Below are positions 8,763-14,704 of a stretch of 14,704 bases of DNA, piece after piece. The stretch comes from Sulfurimonadaceae bacterium (lineage in GTDB: Bacteria > Campylobacterota > Campylobacteria > Campylobacterales > Sulfurimonadaceae): NCBI GenBank assembly GCA_041562555.1, contig JBFEXS010000052.1:1-14704 (forward strand). The letters are read 5' to 3'. Numbering within the stretch: the first letter of the stretch is position 1; each line of letters opens with the position of its first letter. Both the position numbers and the translations under genes were made by a program. The notes under the pieces are model-generated. The model ran no database searches and had not been told where the DNA came from. It saw only the letters and a list, made by a program, of their open reading frames with translations.

Positions 8763-9584
8763 ATGTCTGCCCAGCTTGAAGCCTTTATTGAACATATAAC
8801 GATCATAAAGGCCTTAAGCAAGGCAAGTATCGAGGCATATCGAAATGACCTAACACTTATCGAGTCTTATTTTGACACCTCTTTGATCAATTTGGATGAG
8901 ACAAAGCTTCTTAAATACCTTTCTACCATCGAAAACAAACGCACTCTCAATCGAAAGCTTTCATGTATTAACTCTTTTTTTGATTTCTGTTATGAAGAGT
9001 TTTCAGGCAAAGAAGAGCAAAAGCTCAAATTCAAGTTTGCCAAGATCCCTGCAGCCTTGCCGAAGTATCTTTCCTTTGAGCAGATCATGTCGGCTTTGTC
9101 CGCCATAGACAGATCGACATGGATAGGTCTTCGCGATTATGCTCTAATACTTTTTTTATATGCAACGGGTACGCGTATCTCAGAATGCTTGAGTATTGAG
9201 CACACTGATATCGAAGGCTTATGGCTTAAGATCCGTCAGGCCAAGGGAGAAAAGGAACGGATCGTCCCTGTGGCCGAAGATGCGATCAGGGCGCTTAAAC
9301 TATATGAGATGGAATCACCCTTCGAGTCAAACTATCTTTGGCTTAATTATCAGGGGAAGCCACTTAGTCGCATCTCCGCATATAAGATCACTAAAAAGTA
9401 TTTGGATGTTTCCCCCCATGTGATCCGTCACTCCTATGCGACGGCTTTGATTCTGGGTGGAGCTGATCTTCGGGTCGTACAGGAGTTGTTGGGCCACTCC
9501 TCACTCATGACGACACAGGTCTACACCCATATCCAAAAGCAGAACCTACGAGATACCGTACTGCAGTATCATCCGATGGCTTGA
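8763..9584 (+). CDS. xerD: Tyrosine recombinase, XerD-like
   Basis: 273 aa. N-terminal SAM-like region (LSKASIEAYRNDL) and complete catalytic set: R (YATGTRISE), K (GEKER), HxxR (HVIRHSYAT), H (LLGHSS) and Y (TTQVYTH). GADLRVVQELLGH is XerD-like. Confidence 0.85.
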   Translation: MSAQLEAFIEHITIIKALSKASIEAYRNDLTLIESYFDTSLINLDETKLLKYLSTIENKRTLNRKLSCINSFFDFCYEEFSGKEEQKLKFKFAKIPAALPKYLSFEQIMSALSAIDRSTWIGLRDYALILFLYATGTRISECLSIEHTDIEGLWLKIRQAKGEKERIVPVAEDAIRALKLYEMESPFESNYLWLNYQGKPLSRISAYKITKKYLDVSPHVIRHSYATALILGGADLRVVQELLGHSSLMTTQVYTHIQKQNLRDTVLQYHPMA

Positions 9585-9609
9585 GTGCTTGATCTAAAAA
9601 AGCTATAAT
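9581..9609 (+). promoter_or_regulatory. Internal sigma70 promoter TTGAGT-N17-TATAAT, possibly producing a leaderless mRNA
   Basis: TTGAGT at 9581-9586, 17-nt spacer with an A-tract, gcTATAAT with TATAAT at 9604-9609. The ATG at 9617 follows after 7 nt with no Shine-Dalgarno. Confidence 0.6.
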
Positions 9610-9616
9610 ATGCTCA

Positions 9617-9955
9617 ATGAAAGTATTAGTAGAAAACTTACGCTCAAACGGGCGTTTATATAAACAATTAGAAGAGATCAAATCCAGTGAGTTGAAGATC
9701 AGAAACAAGGTCAAGCTCTATTGTGCATTGGATCTTAACCGGTATTACAATGCTATCGTGGTCGTTTCTCAAAAGAGCCGTATACTGATGAAGGACGTGG
9801 TCAAGTTTGAAGAGATAGTACACAAGATGTCACTTTACCGGGATCACCAGTTCAAAGGAAAGGTCCTGATGCTGGATGCCCCGATCTGTTCTAAGGCTGC
9901 AGAGGCTTTTAAAAAAGCGAAATGGACGATTATTGACGCCTCAACTGTTGTGTGA
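9617..9955 (+). CDS. Hypothetical protein (basic, 112 aa) upstream of coaX
   Basis: The ORF fills the gap between xerD and coaX, has its own promoter candidate, and its stop overlaps the coaX 5' end. Contains KSRILMKD and APICSKA motifs. Confidence 0.75.
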   Translation: MKVLVENLRSNGRLYKQLEEIKSSELKIRNKVKLYCALDLNRYYNAIVVVSQKSRILMKDVVKFEEIVHKMSLYRDHQFKGKVLMLDAPICSKAAEAFKKAKWTIIDASTVV

Positions 9956-10550
9956 TATCGGCAATACTACCTTTAGTTTCAATAATGGGGAAAAAGTAAG
10001 TGTTGAGAAGTTTGATATCTCTTCGCTTGATGAACCGGTCTATTATATATCCGTGAACCATTATTGGGAAAAACGTCTGGATATGCAGGAGAACTGGATA
10101 AACCTTCGTTCCCTTGTAGACTTTGATAAATATTATTCCAGCATGGGGATAGACCGTGTCATGTGTTGTGAAGCTGTGGACAATGGCGTAGTTGTGGATG
10201 CCGGTTCGGCCATTACCGTTGATCTTATCAGTGACGGAGAACATCAGGGCGGGTTTATCTATCCCGGTGTGTATGCTCTGCAAAAATGTTTCAAAGATAT
10301 CTCTCCCGCCCTGGAGGTTTCATTCAACTTTGATATAGATTTGGCTAAAATGCCGAAAAATACGGAAGATGCCCTCTCATATGGAGCTCTGGCTCCTTTG
10401 GTGTCGCATATCCGTTCCCTCGCCAAAGAGATGCCGATCATCGTAACCGGAGGGGATGCGCAACACATCAAGCATCTCATCCATGAGGCTACGATCGATC
10501 GTGATCTGGTTTTTAAGGGAATGAAAAAACTATTAGAAGGACAAGCCTAA
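9933..10550 (+). CDS. coaX: Type III pantothenate kinase
   Basis: LLCDIGNT, YYISVN, MGIDR, VVVDAGSAITVD, GGFIYPG, PKNTEDA, TGGDA and LVFKGM motifs. Start uncertain: TTG 9933 (weak GGA upstream) or CTG/TTG 9945/9948; the ATG at 9876 is unlikely. Confidence 0.92.
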   Translation: MTPQLLCDIGNTTFSFNNGEKVSVEKFDISSLDEPVYYISVNHYWEKRLDMQENWINLRSLVDFDKYYSSMGIDRVMCCEAVDNGVVVDAGSAITVDLISDGEHQGGFIYPGVYALQKCFKDISPALEVSFNFDIDLAKMPKNTEDALSYGALAPLVSHIRSLAKEMPIIVTGGDAQHIKHLIHEATIDRDLVFKGMKKLLEGQA

Positions 10551-11164
10551 TGCTTACCGTTGCCCTGCCAAAAGGTAGAATTGCTGAAGAGACCTTAGAG
10601 ATCTTTGCCACTATTTTCGGTGAAGAGTTTAAATTTGATGATCGAAAACTTATCTTGGAGACGCCTAACTTCAAGTTCCTATTAGTCCGAAATCAAGATG
10701 TTGCGACTTATGTGTATCATCAAGCAGCAGATATCGGTGTTGTCGGTCTGGATACACTTGAAGAACAGGGTCTGGATGTTATTCGCCTGTTAGATCTTAA
10801 AAAGGGTGTTTGTAAGGTCGCCATCGGTATGCGTAAGGGTGAGAAACTTGATCTGAGCAAGCCGGAGCTCAAGGTAGCGACCAAGATGGTCAATATCACC
10901 AAACGCTACTTTGCAGATCGTGCGGTAGCGGCAGACGTAATCAAACTGTATGGCTCGATAGAACTGGCTCCTTTGGTAGGATTGGCAGACATGATCGTGG
11001 ATATTGTCGAGACAGGGACGACGATGAAACAAAATGGTCTTGAAGTAGTTGAAGAGATTATGACATCATCTACATACCTTATTGCCAATAAAAACAGTTA
11101 CTTTGAAAAAAAATCAGAGGTACTGGATATCTTTGAAAAGATTTCCGCTGTCGTCGAGTCTTGA
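10550..11164 (+). CDS. hisG: ATP phosphoribosyltransferase, short form (HisZ-dependent)
   Basis: 204 aa. MLTVALPKGRI, ADIGVVGLDTLEE, KLYGSIELAPLVGLADMIVDIVETGTT. Lacks the C-terminal regulatory domain of long-form HisG. TAATG overlap with coaX. Confidence 0.96.
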   Translation: MLTVALPKGRIAEETLEIFATIFGEEFKFDDRKLILETPNFKFLLVRNQDVATYVYHQAADIGVVGLDTLEEQGLDVIRLLDLKKGVCKVAIGMRKGEKLDLSKPELKVATKMVNITKRYFADRAVAADVIKLYGSIELAPLVGLADMIVDIVETGTTMKQNGLEVVEEIMTSSTYLIANKNSYFEKKSEVLDIFEKISAVVES

Positions 11165-11200
11165 GTAGGGACCTTCTTTTTCAGTGAGTATGTCACAAAA

Positions 11201-11224
11201 CTATCTTAAACGGGGCTAAGATAG
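11201..11224. promoter_or_regulatory. Perfect 8-8-8 inverted repeat between hisG and the pel promoter (operator or terminator hairpin)
   Basis: CTATCTTA-AACGGGGC-TAAGATAG; the arms are exact reverse complements. Confidence 0.5.
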
Positions 11225-11252
11225 GACTCTTTGGCTTCTTTTGAAAAAAATC

Positions 11253-11261
11253 TGCTATAAT
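11253..11261 (+). promoter_or_regulatory. Extended -10 promoter (TGCTATAAT) for the pel operon
   Basis: Perfect TGnTATAAT preceded by T and A tracts, 36 nt upstream of the pelC ATG; GGGGGA RBS just before that ATG. Confidence 0.7.
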
Positions 11262-11297
11262 TAATACTTAACATTAAGAAACATTTTCGGGGGACAT

Positions 11298-11780
11298 ATG
11301 AAAATAGTTTATACCTTTCTTCTGGCACTTATTTTTGGGGCATGTTCATCAACACACATCACGAGCAGCGCAGTATTACCTACGGTAGATGAGATCCGAT
11401 CGATCAGCATCTTTGCATTGGATAACTATACGGATACGCCGCAGGCGGGAATGCGTGCTGCAAACCTGATTGAAGGGGTTCTTATCAGCCAGGGTTATAC
11501 TCTGGATAATCAGGTGATGATCAAAACGAAAAGTCTAGAGGAAAAGCTTCGGATTGCCTCTGAAAACGGCTCAGACTACCTTTTGATAGGAGGCGTGAGC
11601 GAGTGGCGTTATAAGACGGGAATCGACGGTGAACCGGCGATCAGCCTTCAATGTAAATTGATCGAGGTAAGTTCCTCAGCGGTTATTTGGAACAGTACCG
11701 CTTCAAGTAACGACTGGGGAAATGCTTCGATAGGTACAACCGCGCAAGAGATGATTGTCTCGATGTTTGATCAAGAATAG
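11298..11780 (+). CDS. pelC: Pel polysaccharide export outer-membrane lipoprotein PelC
   Basis: 160 aa. Lipobox FGAC (Cys16, Ser at +2). NYTDTPQAGMRA and GGVSEWRYKTGIDGEPAISL match the PelC signatures NYSQxPQAGERA and EWxYKxGLDGEPAV. Conserved late Trp (NDWG). Confidence 0.88.
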   Translation: MKIVYTFLLALIFGACSSTHITSSAVLPTVDEIRSISIFALDNYTDTPQAGMRAANLIEGVLISQGYTLDNQVMIKTKSLEEKLRIASENGSDYLLIGGVSEWRYKTGIDGEPAISLQCKLIEVSSSAVIWNSTASSNDWGNASIGTTAQEMIVSMFDQE

Positions 11781-11791
11781 ATATATTATCA

Positions 11792-13039
11792 ATGCTTGCA
11801 ACGCATAAATTACGTATTGCAGTTTCAAAATATGCTTTATTAGAGACTGCATTTGTGATCTTCGGGTTTATCCTTTTAGGTTACTGGATCGAAGCAAAAG
11901 ATCCCCTTCTTATTGAATATGAGATTAGTTACGCGATCATTGTTTTGGCTGTTATCACACTTTTTCATGGGTCGTCTAACGGGATTTTCGCGATTTTTCT
12001 TCTTGCGGTATCGATGAAATATTTTTATACCGAGTTTCCAATCGAGATCTTCTTAAAACTTTTGGTCTTGACACTTGTCTTTGGTGAATTTCATCATTTC
12101 TGGAATAGAAAGATATCCCAAAACAGCAGTAAAAATGCCTATCTGAACAAAAAACTGGACGAGCTTTCCAATGCTTTTTATACCTTGAAGATTTCCCATG
12201 ATCAGTTGGAAAAGAACTATGTCTTCAAGCCGATGAGTATTCGTAATAGTATACGGCAGCTTAAAGAGGCATATGTACGCAATCAGGATTATTATAAAAA
12301 CTTTTTACTTTTGTTGAAGAAGTCATTTAATGTCAGTGATGCAGAGATCCGTACAGTTAGAAAAGGAAAGGTCTATTCCATACAGGATAAGCATTTCAAG
12401 CGTGAAGTCGACAGTAAAGACCCTATGATACAGATGGCCTTGGTGAAGAAGACACCGATTTATGTAAGTTCTGAAGAGGTAGAGAACAATAGTGCTTATT
12501 TGGCTGTTGTTCCCGTTGTAAGTGAAAACAAGGTCCTTGCACTCTTGCTTATCAAGGATATGCCATTCATGTCCTTTAACAAGGATAACTTGATCTCCAT
12601 ATCCATTATCATCTCCTATTTTTTGGATGAACTTCAAAAATGGAAGATATTGGGGAATGAAAAGAAGCATGCCCTGGAAGATGATACGTTTTATTATGAA
12701 TTGATGCGTCTTGAAAAGATTCATAAGGAGTTCCGGGTGAATTCAACGGTGCTTGTTATTAGAAGCAGTGATAAACTTTTGGGGCATCTTATACTGGAAA
12801 AGGCGGAAGAGAACTTGCGTTCTTTGGATATGATCTCAGCACATGAATATGAGGATAAGGAGGTGATCAGTATTCTTTTCCCTTTTGCCGATCAAGCTTC
12901 GGCACAGGGCTTCTTGACGCGTTTGTTCAAGTTGTTGAAATTGGATGAGGAAGAGCCAGCAATAGAACACTCGTTTTTTGATATCTCAGAATTACAGATC
13001 TTTAGAGCCTATTCAGGAGTTGAGATTGTTGATGCTTGA
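11792..13039 (+). CDS. pelD: PelD, inner-membrane c-di-GMP receptor (TM helices, coiled coil, GAF-like, degenerate GGDEF)
   Basis: 415 aa. N-terminal TM helices, LKISHDQLEK (PelD L.ISHD.LE motif), central GAF-like region ending IKDMPFMSF, RxxD I-site LRSLD, no GGDEF catalytic motif, then ILFPF...AQGFLTRL. Confidence 0.88.
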   Translation: MLATHKLRIAVSKYALLETAFVIFGFILLGYWIEAKDPLLIEYEISYAIIVLAVITLFHGSSNGIFAIFLLAVSMKYFYTEFPIEIFLKLLVLTLVFGEFHHFWNRKISQNSSKNAYLNKKLDELSNAFYTLKISHDQLEKNYVFKPMSIRNSIRQLKEAYVRNQDYYKNFLLLLKKSFNVSDAEIRTVRKGKVYSIQDKHFKREVDSKDPMIQMALVKKTPIYVSSEEVENNSAYLAVVPVVSENKVLALLLIKDMPFMSFNKDNLISISIIISYFLDELQKWKILGNEKKHALEDDTFYYELMRLEKIHKEFRVNSTVLVIRSSDKLLGHLILEKAEENLRSLDMISAHEYEDKEVISILFPFADQASAQGFLTRLFKLLKLDEEEPAIEHSFFDISELQIFRAYSGVEIVDA

Positions 13040-13967
13040 TACAATATCTTTTGGCGCATTCTCACTCTTTTATCTATCCCATCTCTTTCTTGCTGCTTTA
13101 ATCTCGGGTTTGGGTGCCTCCTATCTGACGCGTAGATATAAAGATCATTGGATGTTGAAGTTTGCATTTTTATTGCTGTTTAATCTGGCATTGCCTGTTA
13201 TCGGATATCTCTTTAGTATCTGGATGGTTTATTATCTGTTGAACGTAAGATATGTGAAGCCCTTGAAAAATACAAAACTTATTAATATGGAGGACCTTGA
13301 TCAGGAGTTCCCCCATGTCAAAAGGGCCTTCGGAGAGGGCTCTATGGTAGATCTGATGGCGAATACTTTAGCCCCTCAAGAACTTCGTATGAAAGCTCTA
13401 TCCACGATGGCAGACAATATGACGCAAAAAAATGTCTCGGTCATCAAAAACTCTCTCTCCGAAAAGGATGACGAGATACGTTTATACAGTTTTTCTCTGA
13501 TTGATAATATGGAACAGGGGCTTAATGGAAAAATTCATGAAGCATCTGAACGATACAAGCACAGTATTGATGAAGAGGGCCGTTTGATGGCTGCTAGAGA
13601 GTTGGCTTTCTTGTATTGGGAGATGATCTATTTTGATCTTTCAGATGATATTTTGAAAGCCTACCTGATAGAAGAGTCCTTTAAATATGCGCATATGGTT
13701 GCACAGGCGCGCATAGGTGATGCACAGATCCACGTGTTGCTGGGTAAGATATATTTGCATAAGGAAGCCTATGAAGATGCTACGACATGTTTTGTCATAG
13801 CGATAGAAAGTGGGGTAGAACATGAATATATTATCCCCTATCTTGCAGAGCTTTACTTCAAACGGGGAAATTATAAGTCTATCCGTTCCATGTTAAGAGA
13901 AGTGACGACCCTTGACATGAATGCAACTATGCATCCTGTTGTTGCGCAGTGGAGAGATCATGGCTAA
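13032..13967 (+). CDS. pelE: PelE, membrane-anchored TPR/HEAT-like Pel biosynthesis protein
   Basis: Likely start ATG 13032 (8-nt overlap with the pelD stop; AGGAG upstream). N-terminal TM segments incl. LPVIG, DDEIRLYSFSLID (cf. PelE DDVRLLAYSMLD), LAFLYWEMIY, and TPRs HVLLGKIYL and IPYLAELYF. Confidence 0.85.
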   Translation: MLDTISFGAFSLFYLSHLFLAALISGLGASYLTRRYKDHWMLKFAFLLLFNLALPVIGYLFSIWMVYYLLNVRYVKPLKNTKLINMEDLDQEFPHVKRAFGEGSMVDLMANTLAPQELRMKALSTMADNMTQKNVSVIKNSLSEKDDEIRLYSFSLIDNMEQGLNGKIHEASERYKHSIDEEGRLMAARELAFLYWEMIYFDLSDDILKAYLIEESFKYAHMVAQARIGDAQIHVLLGKIYLHKEAYEDATTCFVIAIESGVEHEYIIPYLAELYFKRGNYKSIRSMLREVTTLDMNATMHPVVAQWRDHG

Positions 13968-14704
13968 GTATATACGTAAAAGTAGCGAGGTCGATATCAT
14001 GATCATGGGAGAGAGTACTTATCCGTATATCAGAGGAGGGGTCTCTTCTTGGATTCATCAGCTCTTGGTCGGGTTGAATGAATTTAAATTCGGTATCGTA
14101 TTTTTAGGTTCGAGAGAAGAAGACTATGGTGATGTCTTGTACGAACTGCCGGATAACCTTGTGCACCTGGAAGTACATTACCTTTTTGACGGTACCCAAA
14201 AACTTCCCCACAAGCGTCCCGGAGATGAAGAGGCGATGAAGGTGGTAAAGGAGCTTTATAGTTTCTTTAAGGGAAAAAGCGAGGCTCTACCTGAACAGAT
14301 GCATAACATCGAGTTCTATACAGACAAAATCCCCTATGAGGATTTTCTTTTTTCACAACAGGCTTGGGAGTTTATTGAACAGCGGTATAAGGAAAATTGT
14401 CCCGATATATCCTTCATCGACTATTTTTGGACAGTGCGCAACATACATAAACCGATTTGGAAACTGGCGAAGATTGCCAAGAAGATGCCCAGAGTAAAGC
14501 TTCTACATAGTCCTTCTACCGGTTATGCCGGGTTTCTGGCGACCTTGACGGCGTATGATCGAAAGATTCCTTTTGTTTTGACGGAACATGGTATCTATAC
14601 ACGAGAACGTAAGATCGATATGTTGACCGCCGATTGGGTAGACTTTAAAAAGCCGACCCTCTTACAGCAGCCTGAGGAGTCGAACTATATCAAGGGGATG
14701 TGGG
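13960..14704 (+). CDS. pelF: PelF GT4 glycosyltransferase (N-terminal part, truncated by the window end; not in the ORF track)
   Basis: Manual translation from ATG 13960 (GGAGAG RBS; 8-nt overlap with pelE): MAKYIRKSSEVDIMIMGESTYPYIRGGVSSWIHQLL...YELPDNLVHLEVHYLF...SFIDYFWTVRNIHKP...LHSPSTGYAGFLA...LTEHGIYTRERKIDML, open to the end. Matches the PelF E.TYPY..GGVSSW and TEHGIY motifs. Confidence 0.92.
   Translation, partial: MAKYIRKSSEVDIMIMGESTYPYIRGGVSSWIHQLLVGLNEFKFGIVFLGSREEDYGDVLYELPDNLVHLEVHYLFDGTQKLPHKRPGDEEAMKVVKELYSFFKGKSEALPEQMHNIEFYTDKIPYEDFLFSQQAWEFIEQRYKENCPDISFIDYFWTVRNIHKPIWKLAKIAKKMPRVKLLHSPSTGYAGFLATLTAYDRKIPFVLTEHGIYTRERKIDMLTADWVDFKKPTLLQQPEESNYIKGMW

Noticed and set aside
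8763..9584. Tyrosine recombinase as the integrase of a prophage, island or integron
   Set aside because: It is flanked by core genes with tight junctions, with no att repeats, attC-like sites, tRNA or cargo and no IntI-specific insertion; the motifs are XerD-like.
11183..11197. CRP/FNR-like site AGTGA-GTATG-TCACA
   Set aside because: The spacer is 5 nt rather than 6 and the dyad is only 4 bp, compatible with chance.
11165..11297. c-di-GMP riboswitch upstream of pelC
   Set aside because: No GEMM-I features recognisable by eye (GNRA-capped P2, GCAAA, receptor P3), and the predicted 5' UTR is only about 30 nt. A covariance-model scan would be decisive.
12323..12724. 133-aa antisense ORF within pelD
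   Set aside because: It is antisense to a well-supported gene and has no motif; a shadow ORF.
12978..13031. Upstream extension of pelE
   Set aside because: It overlaps pelD; ATG 13032 has an RBS and the same 8-nt overlap geometry as pelE/pelF.
1..14704. CRISPR arrays, tRNA/rRNA genes, IS elements or long tandem repeats
   Set aside because: The window is almost fully protein-coding, and the short intergenic gaps show no repeat-spacer periodicity, cloverleaf, terminal inverted repeats or transposase.

Overview
Chromosomal window from a Campylobacterota (epsilon-proteobacterial) genome, most consistent with a free-living Sulfurimonas/Sulfurovum-like organism; this is inferred from gene content, gene order and promoter style. 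About 11.2 kb is housekeeping. The minus strand carries gatC-arsC/yffB-pilT and GGDEF-cvpA-fur-lysS, with a plus-strand class II DAHP synthase between the two blocks. The plus strand carries a YfgM-like protein, a beta-rich lipoprotein, an XerD-like recombinase, a hypothetical protein, coaX and short-form hisG. From 11.3 kb to the window end is the most notable feature: the start of a Pel exopolysaccharide operon, pelC-pelD-pelE-pelF. pelF is truncated by the window edge and absent from the ORF track. The operon has its own extended -10 promoter candidate and an upstream inverted repeat, and no pelA/pelB precede it, unlike Pseudomonas pelABCDEFG. PelD keeps its c-di-GMP I-site, and an apparently active diguanylate cyclase and an orphan PilT lie about 5-9 kb away. 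No CRISPR array, rRNA, tRNA or IS element was seen. All family assignments come from motif recognition, not database searches.
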